Source: a virus. Taken from it: DNA of 64,000 nucleotides. The number at the start of each line of letters is the position of its first letter. Position 1 is the stretch's first letter. The stretch lies in IMG/VR virus record IMGVR_UViG_3300037423_000603; one strand, given 5' to 3'. Shown piece by piece: positions 44,881 to 52,962 of the stretch. The notes below the pieces were generated by a model. That model saw only the letters and a program-made list of their open reading frames with translations, did not search any database and was not told where the DNA came from. A program made the translations under genes and the position numbers.

Positions 44881-45920
44881 TCGTCCCGATCATGAACGGC
44901 ACCGCAGGACGGGCAGTCCCACTCGCGGGTTGACAGCGGCAAGACCGAAACGACATGCCCGCAATTAGAACACATCTTCGAGGACGGGAAGAAGCGGTCC
45001 ACTCGGACGATGCGCTTCCCGTATCGCTCGCCCTTCTCTTCAAGCATCCGCATAGCCATGCCAATACCGGCGTCGCTCAAGCTGCGGGCAAGGGCGTGGT
45101 TCTTGACCATGCCGCGCAGATGCAGATCCTCGATCGCGATCACGTCGAACTCTCTTACGAGTCGCGTGGTCAACTTATTCAGCGCATCTTTGCGCGCGTT
45201 AGAAACCTTCTCGTGGCAACGTGCCACCGCGCGCTTGGCCAACTGGCGGCGCTTCGAGCCCTTCTGCTTTCTGGCTAGGTTACGTTGCAGAAAAGCGAGG
45301 CGCTTGGCGCGTGCGTAGGAGTGCCGGGGGTTGATGATTGTCTCGCCAGTCGAAAGTGTGGCGAGGCGCGCAACGCCGAAGTCGATTCCAATGCTCTGGC
45401 CAGTCATCGGGAGCGGGTCAACGTTGACGCGCACAACGAAGCTGACGTAGTACCGTCCAGTCGGTTCGCGAATGACCGTTACCGTGCTCGGCTCGGATGG
45501 TACGTTGCGGTCCCATCGAACACGCAGAACACCAAGCTTGCCGATCTGAAGGCGGCGCCCGTCCGTCAACTTGAAGCCAGACTTGGTATAGCGAGCAGAT
45601 TGCCGCCCGTCACGGCGCTTGAAGGAAGGATACGCCGCTCGTTTGGCGAAAAAGTTGGAGTAAGCCGCCTGCAGGTCGCGCAACGCCTGTTGCAACGGCA
45701 CCGAATGCACCTCATTGAGCCATACCGTCTCGGGCTGACGCTTCAACACGGTAAGAGCCGCATCGGACTGCGCGTACAACATGCGTCGGCCTTCCTTGAA
45801 TGCCTCCGATCGTGCCGCAAGGCCCCAATTGTAGACGTAGCGCACACAGCCAAACGTGCGAGCCAAGATTTGTTCCTGCTCGGCTGTTGGGTAGCAGCGA
45901 TACGTCCACCGTTGTTGCAC
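44778..45920 (-). CDS. tnpB: RNA-guided endonuclease TnpB (IS200/IS605 family) with intact RuvC
   Basis: YRCYPT..FGCVRYVYN, GIDFG (D), IEDL (E), CSNCG/CPSCG zinc finger, DRDENAAKNI (D). Confidence 0.95.
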   Translation of the reverse strand: MQQRWTYRCYPTAEQEQILARTFGCVRYVYNWGLAARSEAFKEGRRMLYAQSDAALTVLKRQPETVWLNEVHSVPLQQALRDLQAAYSNFFAKRAAYPSFKRRDGRQSARYTKSGFKLTDGRRLQIGKLGVLRVRWDRNVPSEPSTVTVIREPTGRYYVSFVVRVNVDPLPMTGQSIGIDFGVARLATLSTGETIINPRHSYARAKRLAFLQRNLARKQKGSKRRQLAKRAVARCHEKVSNARKDALNKLTTRLVREFDVIAIEDLHLRGMVKNHALARSLSDAGIGMAMRMLEEKGERYGKRIVRVDRFFPSSKMCSNCGHVVSVLPLSTREWDCPSCGAVHDRDENAAKNILAVGHTVAAHGDGVRAAETSVSEACCL

Positions 45921-45927
45921 GTCTCTC

Positions 45928-46149
45928 CTAGGGCTGGTTGCGGATGGCGGCGGAAATGTTCATGCTTGCAATTCGCGCTTGCTGCCCGTGCGTCAGATTG
46001 TAGAAGGTCTCCGCTATCTTCGCATCCCGCTCTTTCTGTGCCGCGAGCGCATTTGCAATTAGATCGACGGCGTTCAGATATTCATGGTTGCGGAAGATCA
46101 ACTGAGCGACCCGCTCAGCCTCCTGCCTGATATGATCCTGTTTGGTCAC
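45928..46149 (-). CDS. Phage hypothetical protein directly upstream of tnpB
   Basis: ERDAKIAE..SAAIR pattern of phage early proteins; its stop TAG overlaps the tnpB RBS. Confidence 0.65.
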   Translation of the reverse strand: MTKQDHIRQEAERVAQLIFRNHEYLNAVDLIANALAAQKERDAKIAETFYNLTHGQQARIASMNISAAIRNQP

Positions 46150-46177
46150 GGCTTATCCTCTCGCTAGTGTAGCTTTT

Positions 46178-46192
46178 GTTCTGCGTCTGTGC
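46178..46192. promoter_or_regulatory. Possible alphaproteobacterial LexA box over the promoter of the 46149/tnpB operon
   Basis: GTTC-N7-GTGC (7 of 8 consensus bases) next to a minus-strand -10 TACACT at 46166-46171. Confidence 0.35.
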
Positions 46193-46211
46193 CATATTCG
46201 TGCTCGTCCGC

Positions 46212-46350
46212 ATGAGCATCATCACCTTCAAATTCAGGATCAAGGACGCCACGGTCGGGAAGCACCTCGATCGTCATGCGATCGCCTGCAACCAGGTCTG
46301 GAACTTCTGCGTCGCCACCCACCGCGAAACGGAACGTCGCCGCAAGCAGG
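46212..46350 (+). pseudogene. tnpB: Truncated N-terminus of a second tnpB
   Basis: MSIITFKFRIKD..HAIACNQVWNFC matches the TnpB N-terminal region; breaks after RRKQG. Confidence 0.7.
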
Positions 46351-46398
46351 GTAGCTTTCGGCGCGCTGTCGTAGGCGTTCGATGAGATCAGAAGACAT
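46351..46398 (-). pseudogene. Truncated phage gene start (homologue of 49066..49554)
   Basis: MSSDLIERLRQRAESY versus MADLIERLRERAESY. Confidence 0.6.
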
Positions 46399-46930
46399 AG
46401 GCATCATCCTCCGCCGGTAGCCGCGAAGCATGGGGCGGAACGCGCCCTTGGATCGTTCGACAATCCATGCCAGCGGGAGCGCCACATTCTGGGCATGCGT
46501 CATAGCCATTTTCCTGGCTATCGACCTCTGGCTGCACCTCTCTGAGAGTTTCGATGTCACGATCGATCCACAGGTCAAACGAGCCGTAGCGCTCTTGCGG
46601 GGTCATTTGCTGGAATTGCCAGCCGATAGACCATTCGGCCGGCTGCTCTTGCGTCATGGGATAGTGCGTGCCCCAATGGTCGCGCAGGTAGCGATATCGT
46701 CGAGCGTCGGCTAACTGCTTCTCAATCTCATCCGCCGCTAGCCTGAAATGGGTGGCGTCGGATCGAGCGGTAGCGTTGTCCTCTTGCTCGGCGATAACAG
46801 CGCGAGAGCGGAGTCGCTCGATCAACTTGACCGCCCTGTCATCATCGACCCACTGGTCAGCCTGCTCTTCGCGCGGATCGCGCTCAGAATAACCGCTGTC
46901 TGTCTTCCATTGGTCGTAGGTCATATTCAT
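46388..46930 (-). CDS. Phage Ead/Ea22-like protein with C-terminal zinc finger
   Basis: DARRYRYLRD motif; CPECGAPAGMDC..H. Confidence 0.65.
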   Translation of the reverse strand: MNMTYDQWKTDSGYSERDPREEQADQWVDDDRAVKLIERLRSRAVIAEQEDNATARSDATHFRLAADEIEKQLADARRYRYLRDHWGTHYPMTQEQPAEWSIGWQFQQMTPQERYGSFDLWIDRDIETLREVQPEVDSQENGYDACPECGAPAGMDCRTIQGRVPPHASRLPAEDDAYVF

Positions 46931-46939
46931 CTCCCAAAA

Positions 46940-47100
46940 GGTGCGGCACTCAGGCGAAATTCTCTAAGCGTTTTTGTGGGTCCGATCATACCAAAAAGCT
47001 GTCTTCGACGCCACCTTAGTTTTTGTTTTCATTGCGAAATTTCCGCTCGCCAACCGAATGTGTCAAATTTAGAGCCTGCATTCTAAAGGCTTATTCCCGC
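46940..47100. other. Probable att junction between the two prophages (core not resolved)
   Basis: AT-rich non-coding gap directly downstream of the integrase; GCGAAATT twice; AGCCT-N9-AGGCT inverted repeat. Confidence 0.45.
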
Positions 47101-48180
47101 TTATTTTTTCGGGCTCGATCCTGAAACCAAACGAGGTGCGGTCTTCGAGTTGTTCGCAATGCGTTCTGCGGCGACCTTTGCGAGCCGCGCTTTGTCGGCC
47201 TGTTTCGTGTAGACTTCGGCCATCGCCAGTTTCGACCATCCGAACATCGCCATAAGCTCGTGAGGGGTCGCGCCGTTGTTCGCGGCTATGGTCGCTCCAG
47301 CCTTGCGGACGCCGTGCGCGGTGCATTCGAGGCTTAGGTCCGCCTTCCTTGCCTGGCGCTGGAACCACTGGCTGAACGACTGGCCCGTATGGAACGGCTG
47401 GCCGCGCTTGTTGGTGAGGAAGATCATCTCGCCGGTAGGCGTCGCATCGATCGAGGCTTGCAGCTCGGCGAAGATCGGAAGCTGAAGGCCGGCCTTGTTC
47501 TTCTGTGCACGGATGGTCAAGAGTCCGTCCTTGACGTTCTGCCGGCCGACGGTGATGACATCCGAGCGGCGCAAGCCGGTGAAGAGAAGAAGATCCAGCG
47601 CAAGGCGCGGCTTCGTCCCGACAGGGTGTTTGGCTCGGAACTGCGCCACCTCGTCCAGCGTCCAGGTATGGTGGCCCTCGATCTTGTCCTTGCGGCGGGC
47701 AACGCCATCGCAAGGGTTTGTGTCGAGCATGTCGTTTGACATCGCCCATTTGAATAGCACCGACATGGCGACGAGGAAGTTGTTCGCACCGTGAGGGGTC
47801 TTGGCCCGGCGGTCCATGGCCTCCTGGATGTGCTTGCGCGTTATCCTGGAAAACTGCTTATCGCCGGCATCCTTGCAAACGCCTTTCAGGATGTAATCCC
47901 GCGCCATCTGGCTCGTCGGTGCCAGCGAGGCGAAATGGCCGCTGGCCTTGTAGCGCTCCACCAGCCATGCCAGCGTGCCTTTCTCGGCCTTCTGCGGCTT
48001 ATCGACAGCGACACCCGCGAGTGCGTTGGCATAGGCTGCTAGGTACTCTGGCGAGCCATATATGCCGGGAAGTCGGATGCGCTTGCCGCCCGGCCTTCGG
48101 AAGTACCAGACGGTCTTCCCATGGCGAGTGACTTCCTTGCGTTCAAACAGGCGGCGGCGGCGAGGCATGTCTTCGGTCAA
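47101..48180 (-). CDS. int: Tyrosine recombinase/integrase
   Basis: TGLRRSD (R), AQKNK (K), HGVRKAG (HxxR), FGWS..EVYT (Y). Confidence 0.95.
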   Translation of the reverse strand: MTEDMPRRRRLFERKEVTRHGKTVWYFRRPGGKRIRLPGIYGSPEYLAAYANALAGVAVDKPQKAEKGTLAWLVERYKASGHFASLAPTSQMARDYILKGVCKDAGDKQFSRITRKHIQEAMDRRAKTPHGANNFLVAMSVLFKWAMSNDMLDTNPCDGVARRKDKIEGHHTWTLDEVAQFRAKHPVGTKPRLALDLLLFTGLRRSDVITVGRQNVKDGLLTIRAQKNKAGLQLPIFAELQASIDATPTGEMIFLTNKRGQPFHTGQSFSQWFQRQARKADLSLECTAHGVRKAGATIAANNGATPHELMAMFGWSKLAMAEVYTKQADKARLAKVAAERIANNSKTAPRLVSGSSPKK

Positions 48181-48350
48181 AGCCGGATGTCCTCTTGCTC
48201 GTCAATTCGTCCCTGTGCCTGTGCATCACCCTTGGGGACAAGTCGGATAACCACGTCGCCTATCTTGACTTCCGCGATGCAGCCGGCGGCTGCGGCGCCC
48301 TTGGCGAGCGCCGTCACCTGCTTCTGCTTGAGCGGTAGCGCGCGTGTCAC
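48177..48350 (-). CDS. Putative excisionase/recombination directionality factor
   Basis: 57 aa directly upstream of int; QKQVTALAKGAAAAG..IRLVP. Confidence 0.55.
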   Translation of the reverse strand: MTRALPLKQKQVTALAKGAAAAGCIAEVKIGDVVIRLVPKGDAQAQGRIDEQEDIRL

Positions 48351-48706
48351 GGCTTCTCCCCTGTGTTGGCGGGGGCGTTGGCAAGTTCGAGCAAAACGTC
48401 GGCGTGGCACGGCTTGCCGTCGAGCCGGCACCAGCAGGCCAAGTCCTTCCCGCGAAGGGTCGAGACATTCTCGGCAATGAACGAGCGCGTCTTGGTGAGG
48501 CTCTGGACTGTCGCGCCGCCGGCATTGACGATCGACATATAGCCGTTCAACATGTGCTTGTAGAGTTCGACGCAATAGGCGCGGTTGCCGTCCTTGCCGA
48601 CAATGAACGGATTGCCCCAAGGGCCCGGCCGCGCCACGTTTACCGCATTCTCTGGCATCCGCCAGCCCTTGCGTCTCGAAAGCTGGATTCGCTTCGGCTC
48701 AGCCAT
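48347..48706 (-). CDS. DUF4326-like protein
   Basis: RIQLSRRKGWRMP, VARPGPWGNPF, LRGKDLACWC..CHADVL. Confidence 0.85.
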   Translation of the reverse strand: MAEPKRIQLSRRKGWRMPENAVNVARPGPWGNPFIVGKDGNRAYCVELYKHMLNGYMSIVNAGGATVQSLTKTRSFIAENVSTLRGKDLACWCRLDGKPCHADVLLELANAPANTGEKP

Positions 48707-49076
48707 CCCGTCCCCCGTTCGATGTGGAGAGAGCGGCGGCGCGGCGGCGAATTTCAGCAAGCCTCGCAAGCGCGCCTAGCGTAGTGTCGTCGCCGCTGTT
48801 GTATTCCGCGATGTCCGCCAGCGCCTCTCTCGCCTCCGCCAGCGCCTTCTCCAGGGTGGCGGACCGATCTTTCCATGTTTCGTTCTCGGTGGCGTACACA
48901 AGCTTGCCGAGCGTCATGATGTCCTCGGCCTGCTTGCGGATGTGCTCGCGCTGTTCCGCTATATGCTCTAGAAGGCGGCGATACCGGTCGTGCAGCGATG
49001 ACTTAAGGCCAAGCGCGGCATCATGCTCGACCTCGAACCTGATCTGCTTTATGAGTTCGGAGATGTCAGCGCTCAT
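48699..49076 (-). CDS. Phage coiled-coil hypothetical protein
   Basis: Start MSADISELIK; coupled. Confidence 0.65.
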   Translation of the reverse strand: MSADISELIKQIRFEVEHDAALGLKSSLHDRYRRLLEHIAEQREHIRKQAEDIMTLGKLVYATENETWKDRSATLEKALAEAREALADIAEYNSGDDTTLGALARLAEIRRRAAALSTSNGGRDG

Positions 49077-49554
49077 GGTTCGGCTCCTGAGAGAGGAAGC
49101 GGGCTGCGGCGCGGAGATCGCGCACAGCGATATTGTCGTGGATGCTCGACCAATGCGTTTCGTGATCCAACCATGCGGCGCCCAAGCCGCCACCGATATC
49201 CGCGAACGGTTTCAGCAGCCGCTTAGCCTCGGCAAGGGATGCCTCTGCGGCTTCGGCGCGGGCCTTGTTGATGCGGGCGCTGTCTTCCCACGCCGACATG
49301 TGCAGTTGCGCCTTCTCCCGCGCTTCCCGCTCTTGGGAGAGGACTGCCTTGGTCTGCTCGTGCTCGTCGTACTCCTTCTGAAGATATTCCTTGTATTCGG
49401 ACTTGGCGCTGTCGTAGCCATCGACATAGGCCGACATCAGCTTGTCTATTTTCTCGGCGGCTTCGTCCAGCAAGGAAGCGGTATGCTCGGAACTTGGGCC
49501 GCCAGCGCGATAACTCTCCGCGCGTTCCCGCAGCCGTTCGATCAGGTCAGCCAT
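49066..49554 (-). CDS. Phage coiled-coil hypothetical protein
   Basis: MADLIERLRE start; ARAEAAEASL. Confidence 0.7.
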   Translation of the reverse strand: MADLIERLRERAESYRAGGPSSEHTASLLDEAAEKIDKLMSAYVDGYDSAKSEYKEYLQKEYDEHEQTKAVLSQEREAREKAQLHMSAWEDSARINKARAEAAEASLAEAKRLLKPFADIGGGLGAAWLDHETHWSSIHDNIAVRDLRAAARFLSQEPNHER

Positions 49555-49762
49555 TGTCCTGCTCCTTAAGTGCGGAGCGTCCGGCTTCGGTGATACGCCA
49601 AGCCCAGACCTTCCGGTCGAACGACGCCCACCCGTATTTCTTGGCGCGAGTCCTGGCGCGATCACTTGCTCTTGTCGCCAATGGCAATAGCCACGATCCT
49701 GTTGGCGATCCGTCAGGCTTGAGGGCACCGAGAAACTTGCGATCATCGTCTGTCAACTTCAT
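49547..49762 (-). CDS. Small winged-helix-like hypothetical protein
   Basis: MKLTDDDRKFL..WRITEAGRSAL. Confidence 0.6.
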   Translation of the reverse strand: MKLTDDDRKFLGALKPDGSPTGSWLLPLATRASDRARTRAKKYGWASFDRKVWAWRITEAGRSALKEQDNG

Positions 49763-50517
49763 TCTGCCTGCCCCCTCTTTGCTGCGAGGGAGAGGGGCGA
49801 AGCGGTTGGAATTTCTCGCCACGCTACGGGCACGTTTTCCTCCCCGAGATCGCGGCCGATAGCCCACCCGAATGTCATCCACCGCCTGCCGGTTCCCATG
49901 TCCACCAGCATCCCGGCATAGACGCCATCGTTGCCGTAATAGTCCAAATTAGGAACGTGAATGAGGATCGCTTTGTTCGTCGGCGCAGTCTCGATAGGGT
50001 GCCATTCCCTTACCCCCGCTTCGGGGGCAGAGGGGCGGGGAGAGGCGGCGGATTCAAATTCTGCTTCGGTAATGAGGCCGATGCGAAGCATCATGCCGCG
50101 CTCGTCACAGGTAGCTTTTATGCCCTTGAGCCATGCCTCTTTTTCGATGGCGCTGATATCCACTGGCGCCCGGTCGTCTGTGGTGGCGATATAGTATGCC
50201 AGTTCGAAAGCGTGTTCCCGCGTCCACTTCGGGTTGGCCGATCCGCGCGACAGGCGCACGAACCAATGAAGCAATTCCCGCACGCGCTCGGCCTGCGTCT
50301 TCTGGTCGCCGGATATTTCCTCAGGCTTGAGGCCATTGGAGCGGAGCGCTTCGATGTTGTCTTTGTCGAGGCCGAACGGTTGAGCAACCGCCGCCCCCTC
50401 GCCAGCGGCTTCTTCCTCGTCGCTCGGCAGCACATGAACGCTAGGACCGTCGCCTAGCCACTTGTCATCGAATGGCTCGACGTTCCCCTCGACAGCGGCT
50501 TCGTCCTCGTCTCTCAT
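49759..50517 (-). CDS. Phage hypothetical protein with C-terminal WxPIETAP domain
   Basis: WHPIETAPTNKAILI..PVAWREIP. Confidence 0.65.
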   Translation of the reverse strand: MRDEDEAAVEGNVEPFDDKWLGDGPSVHVLPSDEEEAAGEGAAVAQPFGLDKDNIEALRSNGLKPEEISGDQKTQAERVRELLHWFVRLSRGSANPKWTREHAFELAYYIATTDDRAPVDISAIEKEAWLKGIKATCDERGMMLRIGLITEAEFESAASPRPSAPEAGVREWHPIETAPTNKAILIHVPNLDYYGNDGVYAGMLVDMGTGRRWMTFGWAIGRDLGEENVPVAWREIPTASPLSLAAKRGQAE

Positions 50518-51071
50518 TGTTCGCCCCTAAATTTAGGAGCGACCGACGCCCCGTGGTTTTCATGGAACCCATATTTTCTGTTGGCTCTTTGTCGGGCTGC
50601 GGCAGCATCAGAACGGTTCTCGAACAAGCCAAGATTGACGTACTTTCCGTCAACCGTCATGTGGGCGCGCCATTTTCCCGATTCTTCCTGGACAACGCCC
50701 ACGATGTGGTCTTTTCGCCTGTTCTGACGCGATACATTTCGACAGTTCTGGGATCGGCTCACATCGCGCAGATTGGCGAACCGATTGTTACCTCTGTTGT
50801 GATCGATATGGTCGATCTCGCCTGCCGGCCAATTCCCGGTCATATATAGCCATACAAGCCTGTGGCTCCGGTACCCACGATCGAAGATGGAAATACTCGC
50901 GTAGCCAGTGGCCTGTGTGTAGCCGGCTGGCTGGCCTGCGCATTTCCTATTCCATGCGCGCCAGAGGGAATCATTTGGGAAGTATTTCCGATCGCGTGCC
51001 AGCCAGGTCACGATGCCCGTTTCGGGATCGTAGGAAACAAGTTCGCGTAGCATGTCTGCCGTCAGGGGCAT
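50514..51071 (-). CDS. HNH endonuclease with AP2-like C-terminus
   Basis: YDPETG, HRLVWLYMTG, IDHIDHNRGNNRFANLR, WRAHMTVDGK..LGLF. Confidence 0.9.
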   Translation of the reverse strand: MPLTADMLRELVSYDPETGIVTWLARDRKYFPNDSLWRAWNRKCAGQPAGYTQATGYASISIFDRGYRSHRLVWLYMTGNWPAGEIDHIDHNRGNNRFANLRDVSRSQNCRNVSRQNRRKDHIVGVVQEESGKWRAHMTVDGKYVNLGLFENRSDAAAARQRANRKYGFHENHGASVAPKFRGEQ

Positions 51072-51715
51072 TTGTCCGCCTCCTTTGCTGTTGAAGCTTG
51101 GGACGCGAGGGAGGCGATGTGTCCTGCGCCGCCACACTTGCCGCAAACCGTTCTGGCAAGAGTAAGGCGAGCGCCGCCTTTATCCTTGAAGCCCGTTCCG
51201 GCGCACTCAGAGCACTCCCCATCCACCGCCTCCCCCTCTCCGGCGGCTTGGGACGCGAGGGAGGCTTCGAGACGCGCAAGCAAAGCCTCCGCTGCGATAC
51301 GGTTGTCTGAGCGCTCCGTGAAGTTCCGCTGAATATCGGCAACTCGCTCGCGGACGAACGCGACCATCTCCCCATCCACCGCCGCTGTCTGAACTGGCGG
51401 GGAGGATTGGAGGGCGGCGTCCCAAGCCTTGCGCGCAAATTCGATCCAACTATCAGGCGCTTGGAACTGATCCGCCCATTGCTCGAATGTCTGCCCCACC
51501 GGCACGGCTGGCGCTTCGGGAAGGGCGGAGAGCGCGCGACGGTTCCAAGCAGCGCGACATTCATCGATCTGCGGTCCCGGCATGCAATCTTCCGGGAATT
51601 TCACGTCCGGCCCGCGAGCGCCGCAGTCGCCACACCAGACCGCGATACGGTCATTCGATGCGCCCTGTGCGACAAAGGTGCCGCCGCAAAACGGGCATGG
51701 CTTGAGATCAGTCAT
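51062..51715 (-). CDS. lar: Lar-family restriction alleviation domain protein
   Basis: LKPCPFCGG..CGDCGARGP..AAWNRR. Confidence 0.75.
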   Translation of the reverse strand: MTDLKPCPFCGGTFVAQGASNDRIAVWCGDCGARGPDVKFPEDCMPGPQIDECRAAWNRRALSALPEAPAVPVGQTFEQWADQFQAPDSWIEFARKAWDAALQSSPPVQTAAVDGEMVAFVRERVADIQRNFTERSDNRIAAEALLARLEASLASQAAGEGEAVDGECSECAGTGFKDKGGARLTLARTVCGKCGGAGHIASLASQASTAKEADKCP

Positions 51716-52068
51716 CGGGTCTGCTCCTTGTACATCTGCCTCGGCGGCAGCGGCGGCTTGCTCATCGGGGCGCGGGGCTGCTTGGGACGGGATAGGCTGG
51801 AGGAGGGGCGAATTGCGCCGCTGTGCTTGTCGCGCTGCCTGTCAGCCTTGCGAGTGCGCTGGATATCGGCTGCGGTCTTTTCCGCATGGCATTGCCGGCA
51901 TAAGACTTGGGCATTCGCCAGAACCGGCTCACCGCCCAAGATATCGGGCAGGATGTGGTCGACCTCTCCTTCGTGCGGCTTGAGGACGGCGTTGCACCGC
52001 TGGCAATTACCGGCGGCACGGACGAGCGCGGCTTGCCTAACCTTGCGGCTGAATTCCTTGCGGGCCAT
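51712..52068 (-). CDS. HNH endonuclease
   Basis: CQRC..EVDHILP..NAQVLCRQCHAEKT. Confidence 0.88.
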   Translation of the reverse strand: MARKEFSRKVRQAALVRAAGNCQRCNAVLKPHEGEVDHILPDILGGEPVLANAQVLCRQCHAEKTAADIQRTRKADRQRDKHSGAIRPSSSLSRPKQPRAPMSKPPLPPRQMYKEQTR

Positions 52069-52430
52069 CACCTCACCTCCTGCTTGGGCAGATGCCGGCT
52101 CACGGCCTTGACGCGGACACGGTTGCGCAAAGTCACCTCGCGCCGCAGCAATGCCGTCATGGCCTCGCGCTTGCGGGAGACGTTTAGCTCTGAGAGATGA
52201 GAAGGCCGCTTCATGCCGACGTCCTCTTGGCAATTTCGGCGCGGTAGACTTTCCGGTCTTCGTTCATCACGAGCCGATCAGCGGCACTGATGCCGAAGCC
52301 TTGAAGTTCGGCCGAGATATCAGCGACTGCCTGATGTAGTTCTTCGAGGGTTAGGTGGTCGACGCGGGGAGGGTTAGCCGCGGCGTGTTTCAGAGCATGC
52401 TTGATGATCTGCGCGTAAGTAGGCATCGGC

Positions 52431-52961
52431 TCAAACTCCCTTCGCCTGCGCATAAGAGGAACTGGCCGGCGCCGAGACGGCACAATTGCCGCTCTCTTCA
52501 ATGGCGCCGGCCGTTGGCCCGCCGCTCTGGGCTGGGCTCATACCGGACTTGGAGGTGTTGGGGGCTTGGTCCGGTGTATTTGGTTCGTTGAAGTGGACGC
52601 CGTTCTCAGCGCCCCATGCTGCAATGAAGTCGATGAGATCGGTCATCTCGTCTTTACTGAGATCCGATGACGACTGTCCCCAGGGGATGAAGGTCTTGCC
52701 GTCGAGCGAAGGAAGGAATGAAACCTCCTTGCCGCAGGCATGCATGAAGATCGCCTTCCACTGGTCGGTCGTGTAGTCCTTGCCCTGCTTGCGCATATGG
52801 GCCGCGACATCGGTGAGCATCGCCCAAAAACGGTCGTTCTGGGGCAGGGTGCGCTTCGGTGCCTTGAACTCGATACGCGTCCCCCATGGGGCCGATGCGA
52901 CCCAGCGAGACGCTTTCTCGCGGTCGGAGTTGAAGGCTAGGACGACGAGGGCGCGTGCCAT
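52431..52961 (-). CDS. ninB: NinB/Orf recombination protein
   Basis: KRTLPQNDRFWAMLTDVA, SSSDLSKDEMTDLIDFI.AWG. Confidence 0.88.
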   Translation of the reverse strand: MARALVVLAFNSDREKASRWVASAPWGTRIEFKAPKRTLPQNDRFWAMLTDVAAHMRKQGKDYTTDQWKAIFMHACGKEVSFLPSLDGKTFIPWGQSSSDLSKDEMTDLIDFIAAWGAENGVHFNEPNTPDQAPNTSKSGMSPAQSGGPTAGAIEESGNCAVSAPASSSYAQAKGV

Positions 52962-52962
52962 G

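Larger units (their letters stand above)
1..47000. mobile_element. Prophage 1 (temperate siphovirus-like; left end outside window, right end approximate)
   Basis: Ordered modules: early-left, cI/cro, MTase/RusA/GcrA/NusG, terS/terL/portal/scaffold/capsid, tail, lysis, accessory arm. Confidence 0.9.

Noticed and set aside
44778-45920. Nuclease-dead TldR-type repressor
   Set aside because: All three RuvC acidic residues are present.
45285-46130. Plus-strand 281-aa ORF opposite tnpB, considered as a possible tnpA
   Set aside because: No HUH/Y1 or serine-recombinase motifs; antisense shadow.
50611-50625. Perfect GAAC-N7-GAAC LexA box
   Set aside because: It lies inside the HNH coding sequence, and roughly two such 8-base matches are expected by chance in 64 kb.
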